Assembly (NCBI RefSeq): GCF_032191835.1
Contig: NC_083233.1
Span: forward strand, 84,568,001 to 84,632,000
Source of the DNA: Heteronotia binoei
Lineage: Eukaryota
Direction of reading: 5' to 3'
Length of the DNA stretch: 64,000 nt
The translations under genes were made by a program, and so were the position numbers. The notes under the pieces are model-generated. The model searched no databases. It was not told the origin of the DNA and worked only from the letters and a program-made list of their open reading frames with translations. Below are positions 11,236 to 24,400 of the stretch, piece after piece (the stretch's first letter is position 1; every line of letters begins with the position of its first letter).

Positions 11236-12253
11236 TCTGGCCTGTAGTTCTAAACAAGGGCTCTTATGATCAAGTTCCTGGACCTAGATAAGTCCCAAAT
11301 TTAGACCATGCATTAAGTGCAGGAGTAGATTCCCTTTTTCGCCATCTTTCCTTGTCTGCCTTCCCAAACCATAATATATCTTTTAGAAAGAGACACTGGA
11401 GCTGAAATTATCCATTGTTCTACCAAGAAGGCTAGCGGCCTGTATATCTGCCAACAGGAGAGAATCCAAGAGAACTCAGCAAGGTCCAAAGTTGGTCCTA
11501 CCAGAGCTTAACCCCATCTCAGACGGGTAAATTAATATCAACCTTCCCAGCCAGCATCTCTGCCTCATCTGGATGAAGCTTCTTTTTGTTTGCTCTCTGG
11601 AGCTCTGGCCTCAAAACTGCCCCTGTCCCTTCAAAGCCACGTGCAGAGGCAAAGAGAATGCCATGGAGATCATCCAGGTGACCACTGACTCCCAGCTTCT
11701 GGCTACTAGTGGACTAAAGTTTAACATAAACCAGTTGGCCTGAAATTGGCCTTTGGGGCACCCCACAAGCTGGCTTTGGGTTCCAGCTAGCTGACTCTGC
11801 CTCTCCTACAGAGACACTTTCTTGCCAGAAAAAAAGAAACGAGGGTGATGAAGGACTGTCCCTTTTAACTAAATCAGTGTAGCCCCAATATTGTGATTGA
11901 GCGCCTCAAATGCTTCTGTTGCACCTGACAGTATAAACAGCAATCCGTTTATTAAGTAGCCCATTTCAATCCAAATTCAGGACTGTTTGAAATGGACATA
12001 GCCATGGTTGCCCCAAGTGACGACAGCCTTTGCCAGCCAAGAGATGATGGGGAACGGCTCCCTGTGGTGCTCCTGGACCCCCATTCCGAGCCTGCCGTCC
12101 TTTGGGGCAGCCTGGGTGAGCTGGGGGTGTGACGGATGGCTCCATTACCACGTGGCTGACTAATTCTGGAAGGAGGGTCTGGGAGCTGCTGCTCTGTCAT
12201 GTGCATTTGTCCTGTGGGGTGGGGGAGCACAGTGTTCCATCGGGTCCCCCTCC

Positions 12254-13401
12254 AGAGAGCCAGGTTGGTGTAGTGGTTAAGTGTGCAGACTCTTATCTGG
12301 GAGAACTGGGTTTGATCCCCCACTCCTCCACTTGCACCTGCTGGAACAGCCTTGGGTCAGCCAGAGCTCTCTTATCTGGGAGAACCGGGTTGGATTCCCC
12401 ACTCCTCCACTTGCAGCTGCTGGAATGGCCTTGGGTCAGCCAGAGCTCTCTTATCTGGGAGAACCGGGTTGGATTCCCCACTCCTCCACTTGCACCTGCT
12501 GGAATGGCCTTGGGTCAGCCAGAGCTCTCTTATCTGGGAGAACCGGGTTGGATTCCCCACTCCTCCACTTGCACCTGCTGGAGTGGCCTTGGGTAAGCCA
12601 GAGCTCTTATCTGGGAGAACCGGGTTGGATTCCCCACTCCTCCACTTGCACCTGCTGGAGTGGCCTTGGGTCAGCCAGAGCTCTCTTATCTGGGAGAACC
12701 GGGTTGGATTCCCCACTCCTCCACTTGCACCTGCTGGAATGGCCTTGGGTCAGCCATAGCACTCTTATCTGGGAGAACCGGGTTGGTTTCCCCACTCCTC
12801 CACTTGCACCTGCTGGAGTGGCCTTGGGTCAGCCAGAGCTCTCTTATCTGGGAGAACCGGGTTGGATTCCCCACCCCTCCACTTGCACCTGCTGGAATGG
12901 CCTTGGGTCAGCCATAGCACTCTTATCTGGGAGAACCGGGTTGGATTCCCCACTCCTCCACTTGCACCTGCTGGAGTGGCCTTGGGTCAGCCAGAGCTCT
13001 CTTATCTGGGAGAACCGGGTTGGATTCCCCACTCCTCCACTTGCACCTGCTGGAATGGCCTTGGGTCAGCCATAGCACTCTTATCTGGGAGAACCGGGTT
13101 GGTTTCCCCACTCCTCCACTTGCACCTGCTGGAATGGCCTTGGGTCAGCCAGAGCTCTCTTATCTGGGAGAACCGGGTTGGATTCCCCACTCCTCCACTT
13201 GCAGCTGCTGGAATGGCCTTGGGTCAGCCAGAGCTCTCACAGAGTTGTCCTTGAATGGGCAGCTTCTGGGAGAGCTCTCTCAGCCCCACTCACCTCACAG
13301 GGTGTCTGTTGTGGGGGAAGAAGGGAAAGGAGATTGTGAGCCGCTCTGAGACTCTTCGGAGTGGAGGGCGGGATATAAATCTGCAATTCTCCTTCTTCTT
13401 C
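12254..13401 (+). mobile_element. Squam3-like SINE carrying 12 tandem copies of an internal 79-bp unit
   Basis: Normal head (GAGAGCCAG...TAGTGGTTAAG); TTATCTGGGA recurs every 79 bp from 12293 to 13160; normal tail from about 13238. Confidence 0.9.
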
Positions 13402-13402
13402 T

Positions 13403-14380
13403 AGAGAGCCAGTTTGGTGTAGTGGTTAAGTGTGCAGACTCTTATCTGGGAGAACCGGGTTTGATCCCCCACTTGCAGCTGCTGGAGTGGTCTTGGGTCA
13501 GCCAGAGCTCTCTTATCTGGGAGAACCGGGTTGGATTCCCCACTCCTCCACTTGCAGCTGCTGGAATGGCCTTGGGTCAGCCAGAGCTCTCTTATCAGGG
13601 AGAACCGGGTTTGATTCCCCACCCCTCACTTGCAGCTGCTGGAATGGCCTTGGGTCAGCCATAGCACTCTTATCTGGGAGAACCGGAATTCATTCCCCCC
13701 TCCTCCACTTGCACCTGCTGGAATGGCCTTGGGTCAGCCAGAGCTCTTATCTGGGAGAACTGGGTTGGATTCCCCACTCCTCCACTTGCACCTGCTGTCA
13801 TGGCCTTGGGTCAGCCATGGCTCTCTTATCTGGGAGAACCAGGTTTGATTCCCCACTCCTCCACTCGCACCTGCTGGAATGGCCTTGGGTCAGCCATAGT
13901 GGTAAAGTTTGCGGACTCTTATCTGGGAGAACCGGGTTTGATTCCCCACTCCTCCACTTGCAAATGCTGGAATGGCCTTGGCTCAGCCAGAGCTCTCTTA
14001 TCTGGGAGAACTGGGTTTGGTTCCCCACTCCTCCACTTGCAGCTGCTGGAATGGCCTTGGGTCAGCCAGAGTTCTCTTATCTGGGGGACCGGGTTTGATT
14101 CCCCTCTCCTCCACTCACCGCTGCTGGAATGGCCTTGGGTCAGCCAGAGCTCTCTTATCTGGGCGAACCGGGTTTGATTCCCCACTCCTCCACTTGCAGC
14201 TGCTGGAATGGCCTTGGCTGAGCCAGAGCTCTGGCAGAGGTTGTCCTTGAAGGGGCAGCTGCTGTGAGAGCCCTCTTAGCCCCACCCACCTCAGAGGGTG
14301 TCTGTTGTGGGGGAGGAAGATAATTATGAGTCGCTCTGAGATTCGGAGTGAAAGGCGGGATATAAATCCAATATCTTCAT
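13403..14380 (+). mobile_element. Second Squam3-like SINE with about 10 more degenerate 79-bp units and an internal head restart
   Basis: Head at 13403, repeated units, a partial head GTGGTAAAGTTTGCGGACTC at about 13899, and a tail ending ATATAAATCCAATATCTTC. Confidence 0.85.
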
Positions 14381-14397
14381 TTCCCAAACATCCAAAG

Positions 14398-14636
14398 GAA
14401 CATAATAACATAAGAGAAGCCCTGTTGGATCAGGCCAATGGCCCATCCAGTCCAACACTCTGTGTCACATAAGGACACAAGAGAAGCCATGTTGGATTAG
14501 GCCAGTGGGCCCTCTAGTCCAACACTCTGTGTCACATAAGAACATAAGAGAAGCCATGTTGGATCAGGCCAATGGCCACTCCAGTCCAACACTCTGTGTC
14601 ACACAGTGGCCCAAAAAAAAATTATATATATCTATA
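14398..14636 (-). mobile_element. CR1 3' stub with 3 tandem 67-bp terminal units
   Basis: Same 67-bp unit, followed by CACAGTGGCCC-A9-(TA)n, the reverse complement of the CR1 3' UTR at about 31405-31440. Confidence 0.8.
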
Positions 14637-15332
14637 TGGGTCACGTTGCTTCAGTGCAGAGGGGCAGTCTGAGGCTCGGCAGGAAGGGTGGGGGGTCAGG
14701 GCCACTGTTCAGCTGATATTCCCCCACCCCTTTTGTTCCAAAGACACTTTCTTCGGAAGAGGTCTAATCAGCGTTTCATTCTGCTGTGGGGGAAGCACGC
14801 CTTGTAAGAGGGACAGATTAATAATTTCCCTCTGCGAAGGAGTGGGCTTCACAGCTGCAACCCCTGTCCACAGCAAGTAGGGAGCACCACATTAAGTTGT
14901 CAATAGGACTTTAACAAGAAGTTCCCACCTAGATCCTTAACACCAGATCTCAAGTGGAGTCCAAGCGGGATCAGATTAGATAGACTTTATCACCAAAGAA
15001 CCCACCAAAACCTTCACATTGGGTATCAACGAGCATGTCAGTCGCAGGGCTGTTCAGCCGCAATCCCCTAAATACTCGTGTTGCTCTTTCTTTCCTTGTC
15101 CGGGCCCACTGCTACCTTGACCCCCCCCCCCATCTCCTTGATGCAGTTGCTCAGAACCTTAGCACAGAATGTGGCTCCTTCCAGAAACCCTGACCTCTCA
15201 GTGACACCTGCTGAGTTGAACCACCTGCCCTTGGTCCTCCTGGCCCAGCAGCCTCCCCCTTGACTGTGGCTCTGGAAGGGCTGTTTCCTTTACGCGAGGA
15301 AGCAGTCAGACTGAAGAAGAGCTGCATGTCCT

Positions 15333-15338
15333 TTTATT
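15333..15338 (-). terminator. Candidate polyadenylation signal of the GLUT gene
   Basis: TTTATT on the plus strand (AATAAA on minus), about 145 nt past the stop codon. Confidence 0.45.
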
Positions 15339-15481
15339 TAACGGAGACCTTGTGCAGGCTACAACATGCTGAGGAAAGCCAAGCGTGCAGAACCAGAGCT
15401 CCCCATGAGGGAGGACTCGTCACCCCCTCCGCAGCAGGCTCTCTGAGGGCTCCATTTCCGGGCTGTGCCCACCATCCCCCT

Positions 15482-18400
15482 CTAGAACTCACAGCTGAGG
15501 TGCCGCCTCTCGCATAGTTCTCCCTTGCGCTCTTCCATCTTTCTGCCAAAGTTGAGCTTGTGAAATTCTCTCTTAATTTCCAGAAAGGTTTTATTTTTTG
15601 TCTCGGGAATAACAAAGAAGATGAAAATGGCAACCAAGCTGCATTCCACCAGAAACACAAGAAAGCAATACTGTTTGAGACCTTTCTGTAAAACAAAATT
15701 GAAATTTTTAGAATGGCTATTCATTCAGAATGAATCTTAGCTACGTGCAACTGAGTATTGTGCATTTTCTGGCACTGCTCCCCAAAGCGTCCCTCCCCCA
15801 ATACTCTAGATGCGGAAATGCCAGCTGCATCAGTCTTGCCATGTGCCACCCTTTACATTACAATTTATTTTTACCTCACGTTTTCCCCAAATGTAGATTT
15901 CCTTTGAAATGTGGTGTTGGAGGAGATATTTAGGGACGCCATGGGCCCCTCCCCCCCCAATCAGTGGGGTCTTCTAGGTCAAAGCAAGCCTGACCTCTCT
16001 CTAGAAGCGAAAAGGACTCAACTGCGGCTATTGTACTTTGGTCGCATTGTGAGAAGACAAGACTCCCTGGAAAAGACAGTCACATGGGGGGAAGTGGAAG
16101 GCAGTGGGAGAAGAGGAAGACTCAACACGAGATGGACGGACTCTATCGGGAAGCCACGGGGTCTGCAGATTACAAGACCTGAGAATGGCTGTTAACAATC
16201 AGATGTTTCGAAGGACATTAATGCATGCGGTCTAAGTCCAAAGCGACTTGGCAGTTAGCCCCTGTCCATGCGTTTCTCAAATAGGCACCCTCAGCCAGGT
16301 CAACACACTCTCCAGTGAAATAAAGCAGGAGTCCTCTGGCATCTCATAGCATGGCAACACCTATCCGATCACATCCTCTCTGGCTCAGGAAAGCTTCTTA
16401 CGGAAGATCTCTCTCTATATCTAGCCTTTCATGGGCCTCTTGCTTTCTTTTGGTGTGAGACCAACTAACGTTCTCCAGTGGTGGAGCATTCTTGATCCAA
16501 TCTAGAGAACTGCAAAGAAAAATTGGCAGAGCCCCCCCCCCCCCTCGCTCTTGCCCTCTGGGCTTCGCACCTGAGCCAGACCAGGCAGCCCCCTCCGACT
16601 TCGTCTTGTTTTTTCTCAATACTTGCAATCTTTTGTACTCTATCTTTATAAAATATTCAATAAAGTTTCTTTAAATACCAACATGAATAATGTGAAACTT
16701 ATTTATGTCTGTTAAATATATGCTAATAAATTCTATCACCCCCCCATAAGAGAGCAATTTATTATGCAGTATTTAAACATTGTTTCTTAAAGAGCCACGC
16801 TATTTCTAACACCGTTCACATAGAAGGTCCTTCTAGATTTCCAAAGTCAACCGTTCTGTCTGGTTCCACGGAGTCAAGGGGTCTAATTTTGCTGTTTCCT
16901 GGTGGATGCATCTCCACAGACAGCTTCATTGTAAGTATCTAAATGTTTCAATACTTAGGGAATACACGTGCAAGTGCTTTATTCATGGAGCCCATAAGCC
17001 ACTTATATCGCATAAGCTTACCAGTGAAAAGAAAAACTTCTAAAACTCTGGAGAGCCTGGTGTGAGTTTTAGAAGTTTTTCCCCCCTTGCTGGTGAGATT
17101 ATGCGATATAAGTGGCTTACGGGTTCCATGAATAAGTTTTTATGCAGATGCACTTTAATTAAGAGCTGACATGGCCGCAGCTTGACAAACATTTAGACAC
17201 TTACAATGAAGCTGTCTGTGGAGATGCATCCAAAATCAGACCCCTTGACTCCATGCATCCAAATAGAACGGTCGACTTTGGAAATCTAGAAGGACCTTCC
17301 AGATGAAGAAACCATGGGACAGACATATCTGAGGGGCTGCCTCTCCCCATATTTGCCCCGAAGGACTTTATGTTCAGCTGATCACCACCTGCTGGCTGTC
17401 CCATCTTGCCGCCACTGGAGTCAGGGCCTTTTCTGCCTTGGCTCCGGCCTGTTGGAACATGCTTCTGTTGGAGATTAGGGCCCTACCTGATTTACTACCT
17501 TTTTGTAGGGCCTGTAAAATGGAGCTGTTCCACCAGGCCTTCGAGCGAGGCAGCTGATGTCCACAGCACTTCGAGTCTGGCCTCCCTGTTGCCGCAGCCC
17601 ATCATCTGTCAGGCCTGCTGGAACATCATCCGTTCCAGCTGCATTTGCACTATGGCTGGATTAGTTGTCTTCCACCTGAAATGAAGTAATTTTATTGTTT
17701 TAATTATTCTATTCTATTGGTTTTTTACTTCTAATTTTATTGCTTACTGTTATTGTTTGTTGTGATCTGCCCCGAGCCCCCTTGTGGGATACGGCAGACT
17801 AGAATTTAACATAAATACTGCGTAATGGATCGATCTCTTACGTGGTGGGGGCGACAGAATGTATTAGTATATATTTAACAGAGATGAATAAATTTCACAT
17901 GATTCATGTTGGTATCTAAACAAACTTTATTGAATATTTTATGAAATAGTGCAAAACTGAACACGTATTGAGAAAAATATATATACCCCCCCTCCCAATC
18001 TATACCATAGTTATCCTTCCCTTGATGCTCGCCTCTGTGCAGGGACTTGCTTCTTCCTAGCGGCAGGACCCCTTCAGACAAGCTGCTCTGAAGACATCCG
18101 GCGCTGACAAGTCGTTTGATTGCTGCTCTAATGTGCAAGTGCTGCTCCGCAAGACTGTCGCTCCTCTGAACCTTCTGGGCCAGCCTGGCTCTTTGCTAAC
18201 CCCCACTTGCTGGCTCCCCCCTCAGATGAGCTCCCCTTCTGTTTCCTACCCGGAAACCATTTCTCATTTAGCATTGAAGACCTCCGAGGTACTTCAGCTA
18301 GTTTTCTTTGTGTGTCTTGTCAGCAGGGGTGCATGTAAGTGAGAGAGGGTGACATGCTGAGAGTTATTAAAGGCTTAGAAAACAGCATTCAGGTGCATTT

Positions 18401-21400
18401 CTGGATTCAGTAATGGCTTGCTCTTGTGAATATACCTGTCAGATTTCTTTGTGGGGAATGGGGGTGGCTTCTAAAGCAAGCAGACCAGAAAGGAATGGGC
18501 AAAGCATGCCTACCCCTCTGAGCAGCAAGAGGTGTCTGGATCGCAGGGGCTGAAGGAGGAGGCCCTCCAACCAACCACACAGAGGCACACTGAAAAGGGG
18601 ACATGTGACAAATTCCTCCCACGAAAGACTAGCAACACTTCTTGCTCTGTGAGCCCCAACTCAGTTCTTCAGATATGTAAAAGGAAGATCCCCGCCCAGA
18701 TGCTCTGCATGCCTCTGACCAAAGTCCAGGGGCACCTGGAAGACAAGCAAGAGCCCCGCCCAGATGTCTGTTTCCTTTTGCCAAGACAGGCCAGCCTGGC
18801 TGTCCCTCTGCAATGGCGAAGAATTCCTAATCTGGGTGGGATGTTTGCTGCAACTGGTGGTGACTGCTGAAGGCTGTTTGGGCAGCTCCCCTCTGCCTTG
18901 TCAGCTTGGAAGGGGTCCGGGCTGCTTGCTGGGCCTCTTGGGAGAAGTGGTGCCAACCACCTGGGGGGGGGACCACTCTCTGGCAGAAGAGGGCACTGAG
19001 GTCTACCTACCACTATAAAGGGGAACAGCATTCCAACGGTGAAGAAGCTCAGCCAGCTCATAGAGCCTGCGATCATGTAAGCAGCTGGGCGCGAAGACTG
19101 AGTGAACAGTTCTGCAGTCAAAATGTTTGTCACTCCACCTGGGGTTAAGTTCAGGAAGAGCTGGTTATGGCAACAGCAGCAGACATGGATTTCCCTTTAA
19201 AGAAGCCAAAACAGCCCAGCCGCAAGCCCAGTGGTCTCCTCAGATCTCAGAAGCTCAGCAGGGCCGACTCTGGCAACGACTTGGATGGGAGAACTCCTTG
19301 GAATACCAGCAGTTGGAAAGCAGGGGCAGGCTGTACTCAGCCACCTCTTCCCACCGCCACTGCTGCTGCCACCACCAGCCCCCTCCCTTCCCTTCCACCA
19401 TGCCCCCCCCCAAGCTTGCTGTGAGGAGGCTGGGTCCCACCAGCTTGGAGGCATCTGGCATCTGGAGGACATTCATCACCTGGGTATCCCCTAGAACCCC
19501 AGTAGGGGCACCAGAGGTCGACATCACTTCCAGGTGCAAACTCTCTCTCTCTCACACACACACACACACAGAATACCAAAAATAAAGAAGCAAAAAGAGA
19601 ACAGCTTGCAAGGGTAGTCACTAGTCAGTGTCTGCAGGATGGAAACCAGCTTCAGACCACTCAAAGACACAAAAGAGTCTTTGCAGCCTGTTTTGACTCT
19701 AGGCAAGATTGTGAAGAACAATCACCTTTTCTGATTCTGGGCAAGAATGCAAGAGCCCCACAGTAGTTCCATCTGGGAGGCCAGACTGGGCTTTACAGGG
19801 GCCAGGGCCTTATCGGTGGCAGCACCAATGCTGTGGAATGATCTCTCTGAGGCTCTGCGGGAGCTCTCCCAATTCTGCAGAGCTTGTAAAACAACTTTTT
19901 AAACAGGCCTCTAACAACTAGGGGACAAGGCTGCCGCTTTATGCTGCTGGGCAACTCCACCAGAAGGACCACCAACAGATAAAGTGTATACTCTGTATAG
20001 CACCAGTACTTTAAATTGTTTTAAATTATAATTGACTGTCTTATTGTTTTATATTTGAAATAGAGATGTTGGTTTTTATATGATTGTTAGCCGCCCTGAG
20101 TCTGTTTGGAATGGGCGGGATATCAATGGGAAGTAAATAAAAATAAATAAGTAAATCTTGAGCAATGCACATCTGGACTAGATCAGCAGGACGGCTGAGA
20201 CCTGCTCTGCCCGCCCCCCCAATAGCCAGGTCTGACAGCTGGTGATAACGAAGGGCGTGCAGTAGGCAAAGGCCTAGTTCTTCTTTGGGCAGCTTCAACC
20301 TGCTTTTATCTCTTTAACAGATTGGTTCCCTTGTTCTTCTCTCTTTGCAACTTTATCTTGTATTTGTAGCCCACTCAAGGCTAAGAAGGTGAGGGGGGAC
20401 GTGAATCTTTTAAACAAATAAGTAAGAGATTAAAAGACCTCGTGCTGCTGCAGGCTTCCTCTGGACAAGCATATCACGCTGCCCCTAAAGGTACTGCTTT
20501 GCTCATGCTCAGGCATCCTGTTAGCCAGTGCTTTCCCCCCCACACACAAGGCCTTAGCTGTGTCCATTGCTAGGAGCTTTTTAAAAGTAAATGGCTGAGT
20601 GCTTTGTAGAAGGGTAAGATGTAAGTAAATACAAGCCAGAGCCCTGAAGATACCCTACTGGGCAGCAGGGAAGAGGCGCCTGCAGCATTCACCCAAAGCC
20701 AAAGAAAAGAGAGATACCTGGTCCGAGCCCAAAGCTTAGGATGAAAGCAAATATCGAAGCCATGCTCAGATACGGTGCCCAAGCGTACATCTGCAAGAGG
20801 GGAAAACACACGGCCAACTCTTGCAGCTGCTGCTGCTCGACTCCTCTGGCAGGGGTTTTAGCACGGAGGTTTAGCACCCCAGTACTGAGCAAGGATCTGA
20901 GGACAAGAGTCTGTAGGAGTCCAGTGTTGTTTCCCCCACCCCCCACCCCAGGCAAGCCGCATTTGGCCACTTGTGCACCACAGACAAGACACGGAGACTG
21001 TCCCACTCTTCCCAGCATGATGGCCAGGGTTCTCTTACAGCCTCCCGGACAGCACAGCTGGGGTGGGAAGGCAGATGCCACAGCACTCCTCAGCCCAGAG
21101 TCCTCCTCACCTACCTTGTAGGTCAGCGAGCAGGTCAACACGACGCACCAAACCGTCATCAGGGAGTAGCCCCCCAGGATCAGCCTCCTCCTCCCCATGG
21201 ACTCAATCAGCAGGCCCTGCAGAGAGGACACCCCCCCCTTGTGCTCAGCACCAAAGACTCTTCCTCCCCAATCAGGGAAATCCAGATGTTCAAGGCGTGT
21301 CACTTACACAAGTGAGGGCAGTGAGGCACTCGCAGGCCCCCGTCCCCAGAGTCACATAGGGGATCTTGGCGGAGGGGATGCCGGCTTCCGTGAAAACATA

Positions 21401-24400
21401 ACTGGCATAGAAGTAAATCTGTGGGGGGGACCAAAGTCAATCAATCATCAATCAACCAATCAGCAAGTGGTCCAGCAGCAAGCATCCGGGGCCCTCTGGT
21501 CATCTTGAACCAGCCGCTGGTACTTGGGCAATAAAGACGTAACATAAATGGGGCTTTGCCAGACATCGCTGCTCACGACGAGGAGTAACCACAAAGAATC
21601 AGGCCTCCTGTCCTGACAGGGAGGGAGCTGGCGGGTGCCCATACACCCCCCCCCAAGATCAGTGTCCCCTCTAAGCTGAGTTAGTGTGAGCCAGCTCACA
21701 GGTTTTTAGCCTCCAGCTCACACCTTTTTGTCTCCGCTCAGGAAGGATGGCTCCAGAGCACACTGAATGATGCAGGAGCTTCCCCACTTTAATGGCAGCA
21801 GCTCACAAAGCAGAATTTTTGCTCACAGGACTCTGCAGCTTAGAAGGAACACTGCCCAAGGTGGGGTGTGGGTGAACAATAGCACCAGGTAGCTGGTTCT
21901 GTTTGCTGATCAAAGAACAAGGTGAGATTGGGCATGAAAAGGGGTGGCGAGAAACCCGACTGGTCTCCTGGAGGGAGCTCATTTTGGAACCGGGGAGATG
22001 TTGTTGTTTGGGGCAAACTCTGCAGTGTTTCAGAGGCAAGGATGTTGCCCCAATTCTGGAAGAGCTGCTCTACCTCCTTCAGGGTGGTCTTTCAGCATTT
22101 GAGAGCTGCCATTCAAGAGGAGGCGGGTCCTTCATCTCACCTTGGTGCTCCCCTTTAAGCCTTGTCTACACTGCCCTGAACTAGTTTTGGATTGTTTCAT
22201 TCTCATGGATCCTTGCTAAAGTATCCTTCAGTTCTGCCAAGTTCGGGGGGGGGGGGTGGATCTTCTCTTTCTGAGCACCTTCTTAAAGCCAAAGTTCCCA
22301 AGATTATTTGGGGGGAGCTTGGACGACTCAGTCAGTTCCAAGCTGGTTGACATTTCAGGTCAGGAGGGGCGCTGATTCTCATGGGAGGTGGCTGGTGCCA
22401 AGCTGGGCACTGCGGCTAACGGCAATGTCCTTGGCAAAAAGTGGGGCTCATTCTCACCGCATTGATCCCACTCAGCTGCTGGCCCATTGGCATGAGAAAG
22501 ATGGTGATGAGCTGCCACCTGAGGCTGCGGTCCGTGAAGAGTTCCCAGGGTTTCTTGGGCTTCTCGCCCCCAAGGGCAACACGCTCTTGCCGAATGTCCT
22601 CCAGTTCCATCTGGTATTGCAGAGGGCCATGGAAGCGCTTCAGGGCTGGGTGGGGACAAGGCGAGACACGGGCAGCACAGAGCCCTTTGCCCCTCTGAGG
22701 GCACGCAAAGCTGCCGCTGCTTCCCAGGCAGGGTTACCCTTTCCCTCCCGGGAGCCCTGCGCAGTCGCCAGGGAGGCCACTCTTGTTCAGACTGCTTTGG
22801 CTCTCGCAGGTGGGACACTGTGGCAGGGGTGGCCAAGCCCAGGGCGGACGGCTGCCTGGCGCAGAAGGCTCTTCCTACAGGCCACCAGAGGCTGCTGGGT
22901 GACAGGCAGGAAATGGCTCAAGCGCCAGGGGGGACAGGCAGGTGGTGCTCAGAAGTGGGCGAGAACCAGGGCTGTTGTGGGCTCCGGGGGCTCCTCCTGC
23001 TCTCGCTCAGGGCATCACGTGTGACTTACCTTGGATGCTTTTCCTCTCATCCCCTCTGTCAATGAAGAGATACCGGGGGCTTTCTGGAAACCAGGGAAGG
23101 GCCAAGAGCTGGAAAAGGGCTGGGAAGCAGCAGCTTGACAGCAGGAAAGGCCAGTACTTTTCTCCACCAAGTAACTCCCTGTGAGAAGGCAGTTATTACT
23201 AAAGCTAGAAGTGTGAAGCAGACAGAAGAATAATTCTTCACCATCCTAAAGAACTGGGTGTCATCTGCAAATTTGGCCACTGCACTGCTCACCCCTTGTT
23301 CCACATCACGGATGAGCAAACCAAAGAGGGGCAGCCCGAACACCGATCCCTCGTGCGACCCCACTGCTGACTTCCCTCCACCGCCCACGGATCCCTGCGC
23401 CTGGCTGCCTGTCAGTTCTTAATCCACAAGAGCTCTCTTATCCCACAGCTGTGAAGTTCAGTCAGAAGACTTCGGTGGGGTTCCAGGCCAGCTCCCACCT
23501 GAAGGTTTGCAACCTCAGAAAAAACACACTACAGCTTACGGAACTCACTGCCACAGGATAGGGTGGTGTCCACACAGCTTTAAAGGGTGAAAGGGCCCTC
23601 AGCTCAGCAGCCATTAGCCAGGCTAGCCAACTGGGACCTCCATCTCCCACGGCAGGAACACCGATGGTTAGCTTGGCTTCCCCTTCTGCTTGTGCCTCCC
23701 CATCCCAACCCATTCAGAGCCCAGTCCCATGAGCAGAACCAGCCCTTTCTGGGCCTCAGGTGCCCTCTGCCCCTGGCACAGCAGACCTGAAGCCCAGAGG
23801 CTGCTGGCAGGACTGAACAGATCTGAGCTGCCTCCTCAGCTGCGGCCAAGGGGCTCTGAGTGGCACTCACCTTAAGCCAATGACCTGTCCCGTCAGAATC
23901 CCCCCCGTCAGGAAGATGGAGCTGCCCATGGTCATCATACCTCGGAGGTGCTTGGGGGCGGCTTCTCCTATGTAGAGGGGCTGCAAGCAGAGGCCGATGC
24001 CTGGGAAGGGAAAAGCAGGTCATGCCCGGGCCCTTCAGCCAACCTGTGCATCCCCCCCCCCCTCGGCAAATCTCCCAGCACTGCTGCCCCTCCTTCCTAG
24101 GTCCTGGCGCAGTGCCCCTCCCAGCAGGTGGGCAGTGACCAGAGATCCCCTCCAGCTGCCGCTCCCAAAAGCAGTGTGAGGAGGGTGGCAGTGGAGGGCA
24201 ACCCTAAAACCTTCTTGGTCTTTGTGGGGCCAGAAGAGTCCTGCTCTTTGTGCTGCAGCAGACTTGGGCAGGGCGGCCTCTCCGGAACGAATTACCCCGG
24301 CCATTCTTAACACTCGGAGACACTGATTTGCCTGTTTTCTCCCAGAACCGAATCTCAACTATAATGACTTTATGAACTTAACTTGTTATTTCGTTTTGCA

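Noticed and set aside
12149-12204. CACGTG and GTCATGTGC (MITF M-box-like) motifs downstream of the GLUT gene
   Set aside because: Short motifs are expected by chance in 64 kb, and there is no conservation evidence for a pigment-cell enhancer.
12281-14250. Numerous repetitive ORFs (LLSGRTGLDSPLLHLHLLEWPW...)
   Set aside because: They are translations of the 79-bp SINE array.
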